Origin: Lytechinus pictus
Lineage: Eukaryota
Reading direction: 5' to 3'
DNA length: 64,000 nt
Assembly: GCF_037042905.1 (NCBI RefSeq)
Contig: NC_087251.1
Span: 992,001 to 1,056,000 of the forward strand
Positions 53,701 through 64,000 of the stretch are shown one piece after another (position 1 is the stretch's first letter; every line of letters starts with the position of its first letter). The notes beneath the pieces are model-generated. The model saw nothing but the letters and a program-made list of their open reading frames with translations, did not search any database and was not told the DNA's origin. The position numbers and the translations under genes are program-made.

Positions 53701-53954
53701 CACTTTTCAACCCACAGTAGTTTTAAAAACATGATTGTTACAGAAATGTAATTTTTAAACGTAGATAAGTAATATAATTGTATTGTTTTTGTTTGTATCA
53801 AAGCATGAAGTCGACAGGGCGAACAGACACCATGAATAGATCTGCAGCTTTCTGGGGTAATGAATCTGACCTTGATGATGAATCAGAGATGAGCGTTCCC
53901 ATGGGAACAGGAAAAGTAGATGAGGAAAAAGATGACTTTGATTTCTATGACTAG
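32723..53954 (+). CDS. KIZ: Kizuna centrosomal protein (Plk1 substrate 1), 14 coding exons, 914 aa
   Basis: join(32723-32787,38557-38619,38970-39132,39396-39461,40472-41435,42339-42498,43913-44077,44598-44762,45284-45434,47449-47605,48047-48151,48439-48607,52687-52887,53804-53954) = 2745 nt, all GT-AG and phase-consistent. N-terminal coiled coil ENKRLDLQKRFENY...ARNEQLLRDFERVEAH, the ETSAYQ motif and the C-terminal AFWG...DFYD* match vertebrate KIZ as recalled. Confidence 0.9.
33215..35990 (+). repeat. Tandem satellite array, dimer of about 359 bp made of about 170 + 189 bp subunits
   Basis: AATAGAAGTCACAAAC recurs near 33405, 33570, 34701, 34881, 35070, 35240, 35429, 35599 and 35787. Confidence 0.92.
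33641..34581 (+). mobile_element. 5'-truncated CR1/L2-group LINE inserted in the satellite
   Basis: RLFADDCVIY...MSFNPAKC...YQTLVRPILEYASPAWDP...YSFFPRT, with a frameshift near 34285. (CAAGA)n tail; GTGTT duplicated at both ends. Confidence 0.9.
38557..38619 (+). CDS. KIZ: KIZ coding exon 2
   Basis: Poly-T acceptor GCAG|, ENKRLDLQKRFENYMMSDQN, |GTAAG. Confidence 0.9.
38970..39132 (+). CDS. KIZ: KIZ coding exon 3
   Basis: SRLRANRLQSYWKKVCEDERKSKARNEQLLRDFERVEAHIATLSSRTERLRLLK, |GTAAG. Confidence 0.92.
39396..39461 (+). CDS. KIZ: KIZ coding exon 4
   Basis: TACAG|, DQYERQVESMFPYWKEQMDIKR, |GTAAG. Confidence 0.88.
40472..41435 (+). CDS. KIZ: KIZ coding exon 5 (Q/S/P-rich, 964 nt)
   Basis: TTTCTAG| acceptor, long open frame, phase-1 donor |GTTTG matching exon 6. 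Confidence 0.85.
41910..42050 (-). mobile_element. SINE2 (Deu/Nin-like core) fragment
   Basis: Minus strand reads GCTGCACTCGACCCAGGTAAGGTGAATGGATACC, resembling a deuterostome SINE core. Confidence 0.55.
42339..42498 (+). CDS. KIZ: KIZ coding exon 6
   Basis: Acidic, serine-rich frame with AG/GT boundaries, phases 1 to 2. Confidence 0.82.
42718..43301. mobile_element. Kolobok-like MITE (AGGAGAATGAAAC family)
   Basis: TTAA|AGGAGAATGAAAC...GTTTCATTCTCCT|TTAA. Confidence 0.85.
43306..43882 (+). mobile_element. Kolobok-like MITE (AGGACAAGTCC family), copy 3
   Basis: Shares TTAA 43302-43305 with the preceding element; TTAA at 43883-43886. Confidence 0.88.
43913..44077 (+). CDS. KIZ: KIZ coding exon 7
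   Basis: LTTEGFYLLMKAVEAEI, |GTAAG. Confidence 0.85.
44598..44762 (+). CDS. KIZ: KIZ coding exon 8
   Basis: TANSNSGFDLLDPRAISMVILEELP...GGCFLSE, phase 2 at both ends. Confidence 0.85.
45284..45434 (+). CDS. KIZ: KIZ coding exon 9
   Basis: SLKLWDDIHHHMVFLVRRGVMEPEGVALKFAPLL, phases 2 to 0. Confidence 0.85.
45605..46188 (-). mobile_element. Kolobok-like MITE (AGGACAAGTCC family), copy 4
   Basis: TTAA on both sides; reverse orientation relative to copy 3. Confidence 0.85.
46391..47099 (+). mobile_element. DINE/HINE-like element
   Basis: T-rich start, (GTCY)n microsatellite at about 46445-46472, internal tandem units containing GGTCAAAGGTCAAG, 3' GCTCGCCTTAGCGACACTCTTGTT. Confidence 0.75.
47449..47605 (+). 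CDS. KIZ: KIZ coding exon 10
   Basis: TTTCAG|, AINVISDILMKAEEEEE..., |GTATT. Confidence 0.82.
48047..48151 (+). CDS. KIZ: KIZ coding exon 11
   Basis: PPLALGG...DSFFDNEVPLN, |GTAAG. Confidence 0.82.
48439..48607 (+). CDS. KIZ: KIZ coding exon 12
   Basis: ETSAYQRMM motif completed across the junction, |GTAAG. Confidence 0.85.
49133..51413 (+). mobile_element. HINE-like element (same family as 29696-30654) interrupted by a Kolobok-like insertion
   Basis: 5' TTTTTGTCTTGCCTGC...GAGACTATAGGCGCTGCTTTTCC; 3' GCAGGCGAGACTGCCAGAGGCATTCCACTTGTT. Confidence 0.8.
49458..51032. mobile_element. 1.6-kb Kolobok-like non-autonomous element
   Basis: TTAA|AGTTGAATAAAGAAG...CTTCTTAATTCAACT|TTAA. Subterminal inverted repeat TGTGACGTCACCGGGGG (about 49648) / CCCCCGGTGACGTCACA (about 50820). 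Confidence 0.85.
52687..52887 (+). CDS. KIZ: KIZ coding exon 13
   Basis: TGACAG|, KKRNVLSSLGGS...GGYVPSAMEH, |GTCAG. Confidence 0.82.
53804..53954 (+). CDS. KIZ: KIZ terminal coding exon 14
   Basis: SAAFWGNESDLDDE...DDFDFYD*, matching the conserved KIZ C-terminus. Confidence 0.88.
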
Positions 53955-54387
53955 AAATCTTTATCAAACTTGGATATATTGATGAAACCTGTGTATGAGG
54001 TAGTAGTATTATCACATCAATCTAAAACTTAGGCTGGGAAAGCCAGTTGACAAGTGCACCGTTTGGATCAAACAGATTGGTCAATCCATCAAGGATTTGA
54101 AGATCAGGGCAGCATAGAAGAACTCCTGTGGTTTTTGAAATCCCTAAATCACTGAATCTTCCAACTCATAAATTTTGCAGTGACTCCGAAGATTGAACAA
54201 TACCAAAAGAGAAAGGATTACCAATTGACAAGTTCTGTGAACATCGGACATCTTCAATAAAATAGCCCAACAAATTATTAGCCAATGATCAAAATTGATT
54301 AGAGATGAATATGTAAGATAAAATGCTGGTAATGTTGATAAGTCAATGACAATGAGTGATGAAGATTGTGATGATTTGAATCGCACA

Positions 54388-54602
54388 GGGTGATTCCAAG
54401 TTTGGTGTTGGTGTTAGGCCAATATTTTATATCAACACAGCACCAAAATCAAAACAAGACAGTCTTTGGACAAGTCTTATGAGGTGTTGAACTATCAATA
54501 ATGTGATATGGAGTATTTATAAATTCAGATTAGATGTTTGAGCTTTGGAAGACATTGCTACATGTACCAACACCAGAACCATCACTGAACTTGAAATCAC
54601 CC
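54388..54602. mobile_element. Degenerate Harbinger-like MITE in the presumptive KIZ 3' UTR
   Basis: GGGTGATTCCAAGTT...AACTTGAAATCACCC, the same TIR family as 55764-56437. Confidence 0.65.
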
Positions 54603-55763
54603 AATGTAAAACATAGTTGATAATCCTGTCTCAAGTAGGAGATACATTCAATGATCACATACATTAATTATCACATGGTTCTGTTAAATTTCTTTCCTCA
54701 ATTGGACTGAAAGTGACAGAAAACCGTCAAAGGAAAAATATGCCCCCATCTTCTGAATAGACTGGGAAAACCCCTTAAAAGTTTAGTGATATGGTGATTG
54801 TGAATCATTACATTATGGTATGCATTTTGAAATGCTGTACTATTTTCAATGAATCCATTCAGAGATTAAAAAACAGTACTGACATTGGAGTTGTTTTTGT
54901 TTCGTTTCTTGCATATTCTAATATTTATTCTGTAGTAAAGAAATTAAGAATATATTCTCTACCTCTCAAATCAAATTTATAAAATTGCCAAATGAAGTGA
55001 ACATTTAATGTGTAATTTTGATCAAGGCCTTTAAATTTTTGTTTAAAATGTATGAAAGGAAATGGTTCAAAACTTGTAATCTTAACAGTCATAAATTAGA
55101 TTATTCCCAATAAGACATGTTTCATCTGATATGTGTCACTTTGCATTCATACAAAAGTTTTGTAGTACTTTTTTTTTTTGGGGGGGGGGGGCTTGTCATT
55201 TTTTTTGCCAACCATATGCCCTTAACTTTTTAGTGATGAGTTTTCTTTTTGGCTTGTCAAATATTGGGACAAAAGCGCCCCCTTCATGAAAATCTTGGAG
55301 CTGAACATAGGTTACAGTACTAATTTTGATAAAGCACCTCAAAGCTTTTCAGTACTGCAATATTTTATAAACCTGCACAAATAAAACTCTTGCTGTCATA
55401 TGATTTGTTTATCTTGTCAATATTTGTTTGATTCCATTCTATCACACAATGTATTCATCTACAATAATCATTATATCAGCAAATATATGCCCAGATTTGT
55501 ATTTCAATAGTTCCAATAATTCACTGTTACAAAGCATTAACCCTGTGTAAAATGAAGCTGATTATATCTTCTGACATGTAATCCATTGACTTTGACTTAC
55601 ATATATTGATCATCTCATATGTAAACTTCATGTATTTTTAATGCACCAGTGAACATCAAATTTCCTGGGATAATACAGTATTAATTTATGAGCAATGTAA
55701 ACAAAAAAGTTCATCTTTATTTCAACTTTTGCTAAGTGATCAAAACGTTGTGCAATAATCTAT

Positions 55764-56437
55764 GGGTGATTTCAAGTTCGGTGTTCGGGGTTGGTGTTGG
55801 TGTTGAGAGCGTAAAAAGGCCGCTGAACCGAGCTCCAACACCGAGCTGATTTCAGAGGAATGATACCGATTGGGTTATCGATAACACATGACGTCACGCC
55901 TCTGCGCTGCGCTGCTAAATCATCTCAACTTCACGCGAGAAGTCTCGACGACGAAAATGAAATCGGAGAGAAATGCATTAAATTCTCATCGTACAGAATA
56001 CCAATGTTTTAATTAATTCAAGAATTCGAAAGAGTAAACATTATTCTTCATCAAAATATATACAGCTCAAATGATTTGTACTCATCTTAACTGTAAAAGC
56101 TAATTTTACGGGGATGTTTCATCGTGTTCGCCGCCCGTTCACGAGCTTGAGATTGCCAACACCAACACAAACACCGAACTTGAAATCATGATTTTCCCAA
56201 TCCCTGGGGGTTGGTGTTGGTGAATGGGGAAATTGCACGTAGATCATCAACACCAGCCGCAGTGCTGGGTTCAGCAGACGACATTCAACACCAGCATTCA
56301 ACACGAACTGCCGGAAATATGTCATATTTTCCGAGGTCAATCCCAACACCAGCCTGATTTCAAGTACGGTGTTGTGGCTGGTGTTGGTGTTGTCACAACA
56401 CCAACACCAGATTTCAACACCGTACTTGAAATCACCC
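55764..56437. mobile_element. PIF/Harbinger-like MITE
   Basis: TAT|GGGTGATTTCAAGT...ACTTGAAATCACCC|TAT (3-bp TSD); internal GGTGTT/AACACC arrays. Confidence 0.85.
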
Positions 56438-58790
56438 TATGTCTACTTCACAATTTGTAATTAGGACTCACTAGTAACTGTGTGTTTTTTTCAAGTACAT
56501 TTAAGCATATGACTTTATAGATCATGTATTATTTATAACACTAATGTTGCCATACCAAAGAAAGACAGTCACAGAAATTTCTTTGAAAAGATGGATCAAT
56601 ATCAGAGATTACCAATCTTTCCTTTCCAAGAGATATATTACATGTTATAATTTCTCTCATAGGAGCTTATTAGTTTCATGTGTGTCTTCATATTTATTGG
56701 TATGGTGCATTTAGATTGAATCTCTGGAGTAAGTGTTGAATCAAAATCATTTGCAAAAAAAAAGGGATTTGGGGGATGCCATTTGAATGAAAGAATGACA
56801 CAACAAGAACAAGTAGCAGGTCTCCATTTCAAAGATAACCACAGCCTTGAGCCTAATAATCAAATGTTTAATCTCTGTAATGCCTTATTTCTTTATTTTA
56901 TGAATTAAGATGTAGACAAGTGTGTGGATACAAGTCTTAAATTTCATGAGTTGTAAATCAAGTGTATATAATATTGAAAGTTGAATGCTGTTTTTTGGTT
57001 TGTACTATTAAGAGGTAATACTCTAAATATTTATGAAAACATATGGAATTATTTATTTTTCATATATCTATTTTCTAGTTTTATGATACCTTCAATAAAT
57101 TCTTGAGTTTGTATAGAATTCTTTCCCAAACTGATTATTCAATATTTTCTCTAATGTCCCTTTTTCACAAAAATTGAAAAGGTATGAATTAAAATCCAAA
57201 CGTTTAGACAGAAAACATCAGGTGGTAGAATCAGTCAGATCACTGATGATTTTAGTCCAAACATCATGGGATATCAAGTGGTAAATTAGATCATAATTTT
57301 ACATTTCTTTGTCAAAAAGTGTGATATATATATATTTCATCTTGTATTTATTGTTTGACTACTGGTATCACACAATACATTGGTAATTCGGTATTAAGAG
57401 ATCTTATATAAAATGGTATAATAATGCCTGGAACTGTTTCATAAGATTTGAGTGGTACATAAGGTGCCTGAGAGACAGAGATAGAGGGGGAATTCTTCAA
57501 TCTTATGAATTCTAATTGTGTTAGTCATTGTGGTGTGTTTCTATTAGTTATTTATTGTTGTTGCTTGGGCAAAGATCCATAACAACTGGAAAAGCCAATG
57601 TTTGCATGACATGTATAAATCCAGAAAAATTGGAATTCACACATTCTGTAAAAAAAATATTGTATTTGAGGCACAATCAAATGATAGTAGATAATATAGT
57701 TTGACATAGAGAAATAGAGAGAAAGGAAGAGAGAGTGGAGGAGGAGGACAGAGGGAGAGAGAAAGAGATTTTACAATAATGACTTCTAGAGGTGGTGGAG
57801 ATGTGTTATTTTCTTTAAAAACTTTATTTTAATTTTTTGCTTGGCTTATGATTAACAACTGAACTACCGGTATGTTTAAATTGCATGAGTACAATACAGC
57901 TAAATTCAGTTAATTCAGTCAAGTATACAATGTTTGTATGAGAAATCAAAGTATAAAAAAGGTATGAAAAATGGATGTGAAAATAAAAATTAAGAAATCA
58001 CTATTAAAGGACCATGCAGAAATGTCGAAATAGCTTATCTTCCTATAAAGCATAGAAACCTGTCTACAAATTTAGTTCATGTTACATAATTGGCAAGACA
58101 TACGTATGTATCAATGCACGAGTTACCAAAAACCACCAGAAAAGAACAAACTTATGGGTTATACTGTATATGCACAAAAATGTGTAAAGAACAAAAGTAA
58201 AAATTCATGCAAATTCTGATTAAAATTAAATCAGAGGAAGAGGGTCATAAAAGCGTCTACTCAAAGTGAAATCTCTTTTCCCATCCATTGTTGCTAGTAT
58301 CATCTTGAAACTGGTGATAATTAGACAAATATCAAAATATGCAACATCTTTAATTGCATTGTATAAAAAGACAAATTGGCAACTAAGGTTCCCTTATTTC
58401 TTTATATTTGTAAACTGAACGCATATATCAGAAGGCCAAAATGTAATAAGAGTATGAACAATATTCAAACTGTTGGGTGCGTTTTTAAGTAGATGTATTT
58501 CAATATTAGATATAATATCTGAATAAATAATTTAGCTTGCATGATTGGTCACAGGGTTTGCAAATGGTATTTGGTCGATGATTACTTTAAGTTTCAAAAC
58601 TCTTTATACTGGTAGTTTTTTTCTGATCTATTCTTGAAATTTCCAAGATCAGCTGCTCTAATTCAAATACGTACAGTTTCGTACACAAAAAGCTCTGTGA
58701 CTCATGAGACAGCACAAACTTAAGAGCCATTAAAACAATTCCATTGCTTACTTGAAAAAAAAAACATACTATCTACAGATGATTCATTAA

Positions 58791-59375
58791 AGGTCAAGTC
58801 CACCCCAGAAAATTGCTGATTTGAATTGACAGAGAAAAATCAAACAAACTGCTGCAAATTTCATCGAAATCGGATGTAAAATAAGAAATAAGACTTTTTT
58901 AAGTTTCTCTTATTTTTCACAAAACAGTTAAATGCACAATTCAGCGATATGCAAATGAGAGAGTCGATGATGTCCATCACTCACTTTTTCTTTTGTTTTT
59001 TATTGTTTGAAAAATACAATATTTCAATTTTTACAGATTTGACAATAAGGACCAACTTAACCATAAACTGTTAAAATGATGGTAATTCCACATGTTCAGG
59101 GAGAAATAAAATTTCTTTTCACTTGATAAGGAGGAGAAAATTAGAATATTTCATATAATAAAATACAAAAGAAATAGTGAGTGGGTGACGTCATCAGTCT
59201 GCCAATTTGCATACCGACCAGGATGTGCATATTACTGTTTTGTGAAATTAAGCAAAACTTTAAAATGTCATAAGTTTCTTATTTTACATCCGATTTTGAT
59301 GAAATTTTCAGTGTTTTGCTTGTTGGATTTTCTCCTTTTTTTCAAATCAACGTTTTGTTGGAGTGGACTTGTCCT
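58791..59375 (-). mobile_element. Kolobok-like MITE (AGGACAAGTCC family), copy 5
   Basis: TTAA|AGGTCAAGTCCACCCC...GTGGACTTGTCCT|TTAA. Confidence 0.88.
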
Positions 59376-59712
59376 TTAATTATATTTGTCCAATGTACAT
59401 TATGCAGTATTTAACTACATCGACTGTATGACTTCATTCCATTTTTAAAGAAATATGTCACCATTAAAAAATCGACTTTAATGTGAACACTCAAAATTTA
59501 CAGCAAAAGGTGATGATTTTGAAAATTACAACAAATATATTGAGACAAATGCTCTATCAAGGCAGAACAAGAAATTCATATAACAGAATATGCTTCATCA
59601 ACCTGCATGTCAATGTAATAGATGCAGAACTATCATAAACATTATAAAATGAAATATTTACACTTAATACAGAATATTGGGGTTTCGTTTCATGCACCCA
59701 GATATGAATTAA

Positions 59713-60307
59713 AGGGGAATCCAACCCAAATAAAAACTTGTTTTTATAAGGAAAAGAAAAATCAGACAAGTTGATAGGTGAAAGTTTGAACAATATTGGA
59801 CAAACAACAAGAAAGTTATGAATTTTTAAAAGTTGTAAATATTGGTAATCACTATACCCATGGAGACTTCAAATTGGCCGCATATGTGATGTCATAGTGA
59901 TGTAAGGCAAGGACTACTCTTCCATGTACTCCAGTACATATTATGGCTAAAATGTCATTTCCCCCAAAAGTTTTATTTCAAATTATATTTTTCTTCCATG
60001 AGGACATAAAATAATATACTACCTGGGTTATATTTAGATTACTGCCCCAGGGGAATGGGCACTTAGGAGAAAACCACAAATCCCTGATAATAAAGTACAT
60101 GGCCTATGGGAAAGTTGTCCTTGCCCCTTGTCATAATTTACTTACCCAGTTGCCAATTTGAAATCTACATGGTATTAGTGATCTCAATTTTAAAGCAGCT
60201 ATAACTTTCTTATTGCTTGTCCGATTTCTTTCAAACTTTCACCATTCTGTTTAATTTATTTTTCTCCGTCCCAACACATCATTTTATGGCCAAGGCTGGA
60301 TTCCCCT
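59713..60307 (+). mobile_element. Kolobok-like MITE (AGGGGAATCC family), copy 2, 20 bp past the RDH stop codon
   Basis: TTAA|AGGGGAATCCAACCC...GGATTCCCCT; homologous to 8320-8875. Confidence 0.85.
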
Positions 60308-60327
60308 TCAATGTCTTCAACATAATA

Positions 60328-61323
60328 TCACTCAGATGAAAGTCCTGTCAGCCTTTCGCTGACCTCCCAAAGTTTAGTAGCAACAGCATCATCAGCTGGT
60401 CCTCTAACCTCTGGGTAAGGTTCTTCTTTGCAGTTGCCATAATATTTCCCAGATGCTTCCTTGAGCTCCTCAGCAACAGCACAGTAAATGGTAGTCTGAG
60501 CTCCGTACCGGGGAGATTTCATGAAGAGCCATCGGAGAGGGAATGTAGCAGCCCAGAAAGCTTTAGAATATCCAAGATAACGTGAAAGTTCTGTGTTGAT
60601 GACACCTGGATGTAAGGTGTAAGAGGTGACGCCTTGGCCACTGAGTCGTCTGCTCAGCTCCTTCCCAAACAGGACGTTGGCAAGCTTACTATCAGCATAA
60701 GACTTGGTCTTGTTGTATTCTTTTTTGTCTGGATTAAGCTTTGAAAAATCAAGATGCCCTCTCTTATGGAGAGCAGAAGACACGATGATCACACGAGATG
60801 GTGAAGAAGCCTTTAGGACATTTAAAAGTCTGTTGGTCAGAAGGAAGTGTCCAAGATGGTTGACTCCAAATTGCATTTCAAAGCCATCTTCTGTCTTCAT
60901 ATATGGAGTGTAAAACACACCTGCATTGTTGACAAGGATATCGAGTCTGCCAATTTTGTTACAGAATTCATCACAAAAAGCATTCACTGACTTCAGTGAT
61001 GCCAAATCCAACTTCATCACAACTAGTTCCCCTGCATTAGTATAATGTCTGATGTGTTCAACTGCTCTTTGACCCTTTGCAATATCACGGCAAGCAAGGA
61101 TTACTCTCGCTTCACGGCGAGCAAAATCAAGGGCAGTCTCCTTCCCTATTCCCGTATTTGCACCCGTTACAATGGCCGTCTTTCCTGTCAGCTTGGTAGC
61201 ACTTCTATATGCAGCACCCCTGAACTTCAGTTTGGTAAATATTACCAAACTAGCACCAAGAACAAGTCCTGCACAGACCATATCCCCTGGAGCTCTCCAT
61301 TCTGATTTTCTTTCCAATTCCAT
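60328..61323 (-). CDS. Retinol dehydrogenase 11-14-like short-chain dehydrogenase/reductase, 331 aa, single coding exon
   Basis: N-terminal hydrophobic anchor, TGANTGIG Rossmann motif, LACRD, NNAG, TEDGFEMQFGVNHLGHFLLT, catalytic YADSK, HPG. First ATG at 61323; the paralogue cannot be fixed by eye. Confidence 0.93.
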   Translation of the reverse strand: MELERKSEWRAPGDMVCAGLVLGASLVIFTKLKFRGAAYRSATKLTGKTAIVTGANTGIGKETALDFARREARVILACRDIAKGQRAVEHIRHYTNAGELVVMKLDLASLKSVNAFCDEFCNKIGRLDILVNNAGVFYTPYMKTEDGFEMQFGVNHLGHFLLTNRLLNVLKASSPSRVIIVSSALHKRGHLDFSKLNPDKKEYNKTKSYADSKLANVLFGKELSRRLSGQGVTSYTLHPGVINTELSRYLGYSKAFWAATFPLRWLFMKSPRYGAQTTIYCAVAEELKEASGKYYGNCKEEPYPEVRGPADDAVATKLWEVSERLTGLSSE

Positions 61324-61900
61324 GTTGCAAATCAAAATCTGGCACTGCCGGCTGGTTTTGATCAATCTACAGTAACATTATCCCTCTTCAGACAATTCCA
61401 AATCATTGGATCTAAATCTCTTACAAATACACTGTCTCGTTATATGATGATGTAACTCAATAATTGTTCAGGATAAAGACTCTTGTCAACAACTGTCAAC
61501 TGAGACTGGCAAGATCAAGATCCAACTAGCAGACTACACAAATCTTCAATGAGTCCTCTTTAGGAAAATGGTCTTTATCTAGAAATTAGGGTTTATTATT
61601 CTATTTTCATTTCTTTAATTTATCTTTTATATTAAATCAAGAAGTAATGAAAATTAAATTTTTTTGATTTAATTTTGTTTTTGCTTTTTTAAGATCAAAT
61701 TTGAATCCGGACTTCTATTTTGCGATTATCCATGAAGACCATGATGAACCTCAAAAGTTCTAGTAAAAAGAAACTACCTTCGAAAGGGCTACTCGCATGA
61801 TCAAATTCTTAGTCGTCTCGATTCGCTTAAATTTCGAGTTGATTTCGGATTTATCCAATGAGACGATCCGTTACATCTACTTTTCATTGGAGATGCTTAC

Positions 61901-62046
61901 ACGTACACGAAACTTCCGTGGCAAGATCTGCTGCAATTAATTTTATAATTAATAATTTCTTTTTTTTTCTCCAACAACCAAGTTACAAGGGATCCATTAA
62001 TGAATGCTGATGCTAGGTTTAGATCTTGTTATTTCTGATTCTCGAT
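61901..62046. promoter_or_regulatory. Candidate compact bidirectional promoter / first-exon region
   Basis: Minus-strand donor CGT|GTAAGC at 61901 with a likely acceptor TTTCTAG| at 61578 upstream of the RDH ATG. ETS-like CGGAAGT near 61912-61918. Plus-strand ATG at 62047. Confidence 0.5.
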
Positions 62047-62203
62047 ATGGCTCAAAACTACGGGAGTCAAATCATAGACATCGACGCTTTTGATATTTCG
62101 ATGGATGTTGACGTCGGGAGAGGCAACCGGTATGGAAAGGCATCGCCGACAGCTGGGGCGTCCGGCCAACGCGGAGGTGGACATGTCCTCGGACATGATG
62201 TTG
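62047..62203 (+). CDS. Probable first coding exon of an unidentified gene continuing beyond the window
   Basis: MAQNYGSQIIDIDAFDISMDVDVGRGNRYGKASPTAGASGQRGGGHVLGHDV, ending at a strong donor TTG|GTGAGT; CpG-rich. Confidence 0.6.
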
Positions 62204-62493
62204 GTGAGTAGATTTACCGATACTGGCGATAGTGCATATATGCAGCTGCAGTGCAGTGCGGCGCAATGATAAGATCGTAGTCGTAGACGTAGTTTGTCTG
62301 TTGCCGAAATGACTCTGAAACATCCTATACTTTTGAGGATTGATGATGAATGATGCAACAAATTAGGCTTACCTTTAGAATCCAATGTCATGAATCGATT
62401 ACAAAAATCTCTAGATTTTAAAACGAGAAAACAACGGATACGACGTACCGGTACTCGTTAACTTTTTTAGAAATTACGTTTTTGAGATAAAAG

Positions 62494-62755
62494 CGGATAC
62501 ATGGATTCTAAGATACGTGGATACACATGGATACGAGGATACGTGGATACTGGGATACGTGGATACTACTACCGTCCTGATAAATGGATACATGGATACG
62601 AAGATACGCGGATACGTGGATACTACTACCGTACTGATAACTGGATACATGGATACGAGGATACGTGGATACGCGGATACGTGGATACTACTACCGTACT
62701 GATAACTGGATACATGGATACGAAGATACGCGGATACGTGGATACGAGGATACGG
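62494..62755 (+). repeat. GGATAC-based minisatellite with higher-order units of about 56-72 bp
   Basis: Repeated GGATACGT/GGATACAT/GGATACGA; GGATACTACTACCGT occurs three times. Confidence 0.9.
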
Positions 62756-63519
62756 GCAGCTGGGATAATGTTTGTGGATACGGGGGAGGGGGTACAGGGG
62801 AGTATCCAGCTTTCGCCAAAGGGGGGGGGGGGTGGAAGGAGGGAGAGTCGTGGGGGTATGTTATACAGGGGAGGATCCATGCACCTTTCGCGAAAAGGGG
62901 GAAAAGAAGGGAGAATCAGAAAATATTTTCATCCACATTTCAGTCGGTCGATCTGTCGTTAACTAAAAGTAGAATTTTGTTGGTTTATATTAATATTCTT
63001 TTCTTGGTTTAACATGGCCCAGTGCAGTACGTGTCTCAGTCATCTTATTAAAAAAAAATCATTTTCAAGACAATACAGGCATATAGCTCATTTTTTTGTC
63101 CTTGTTTAAACACTTTTCCTTTTCCTTTACGTTTTTTTCTCCTTTCTTTTCTTCTTTTTTTTTAAATATATTTTTCTTTTCTCTTTTATATTCTTCCTTT
63201 CTTGTCCATTCTATTTTTGTTTCTTTTTTAATTAAAAGAAAAATTGTACAGGCCTACCTATTTTTTTTTAAATCAAATTCTTGTGATTTTCGCAGTAAAT
63301 TATAAGACAGAAAACTGGACTTTTGGTTCGTATAATTAAAATAATATATACATGTATATACCCTTCTTTTTAGAATTGTAGAGCAATATTTTTGCTGTTT
63401 TTTTCTCTATAAATCTAGAGATTATGATGAATATGACATGGATTCTGAATGTTTAGGAGGATAAATATGAAGCGATTCGTATAATATAGGCATAGCTCAT
63501 TTTCTGTCCTTGTTTGAAC

Positions 63520-63883
63520 CCCGCGGGGGGGGGGGCACTTACATTGACGAGTGGATACCATGCGCGACCAAAAAAAAACACGTAAAAAGGATGTCTTTTT
63601 CACGATAGGGCACGTTATGTACGTAACGTGATAAGGGTGTCAAAAACACAAAAATAATGAAAAAAGGGTATCTATTTCGCTAGGAAAATTACGTGTTTAG
63701 GGTCGAATTCGCGGGGATGATAAAACAAAATTAAAATGTTTTATAAAGGATGTCCTTTTTGCCCCAACACTTCGTATTTAGAGTCACGATTTGCGCGAGG
63801 TGTAGAAGGTGGGGTCGTACTAAACCAAATAAGGTAAAGCCGACGACCGAAGGACCCGTAACAATAAAACATTCCTGTACTTG
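63520..63883 (+). mobile_element. Truncated CCC-G(n)-terminus non-autonomous element inside a local duplication
   Basis: Begins CCCGCGGGGGGGGGGGCACT and interrupts the second copy of the sequence starting at 63077. Confidence 0.5.
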
Positions 63884-64000
63884 TTTTCCTTTACGTTGTT
63901 TTTCTCCTTTCTTTTCTTCTTTTTTTTTTAAATATATTTTTCTTTTCTCTTTTATATTCTTCCTTTCTTGTCCATTCTATTTTTGTTTCTTTTTTAATTA

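Noticed and set aside
61324..61365. N-terminal extension of RDH shown in the ORF track
   Set aside because: It starts at a non-ATG codon; the first in-frame ATG is at 61323.
62501..63012. Repetitive ORFs (GYVDT/WIRGY)
   Set aside because: Products of the GGATAC minisatellite, lying in a presumed intron.

Overview
AT-rich animal genomic DNA with GT-AG introns and a very high transposon load. The repeat families suggest a marine invertebrate, probably a sea urchin or other echinoderm (inference). Host genes: a 14-exon kizuna centrosomal protein gene (KIZ/PLK1S1, + strand, 32723-53954, 914 aa reconstructed with consistent exon phases); a convergent RDH11-14-like short-chain dehydrogenase with an intronless CDS (- strand, 60328-61323); and the probable first coding exon of an unidentified gene transcribed away from it (62047-62203). 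The left half is almost all mobile DNA: a near-intact L2/Crack-type LINE ORF2, a Penelope-like retroelement (9143-11790), and many non-autonomous DNA transposons (hAT-, Sola2-, Kolobok-, Harbinger-, Helentron- and foldback-like), often nested. Most interesting: (1) the Penelope element has inverted pseudo-LTRs with a minimal hammerhead ribozyme on each strand, a fold-back junction and a hidden RYNLRRRP tail; (2) an 840-bp element flanked by a 9-bp direct repeat carries what looks like a bidirectional promoter, sits inside a 5.5-kb Sola2-like element, and has an internally deleted copy about 600 bp away; (3) a hAT-like element in KIZ intron 1 carries a 359-bp dimeric satellite. All calls come from reading the sequence by eye; no searches were run.
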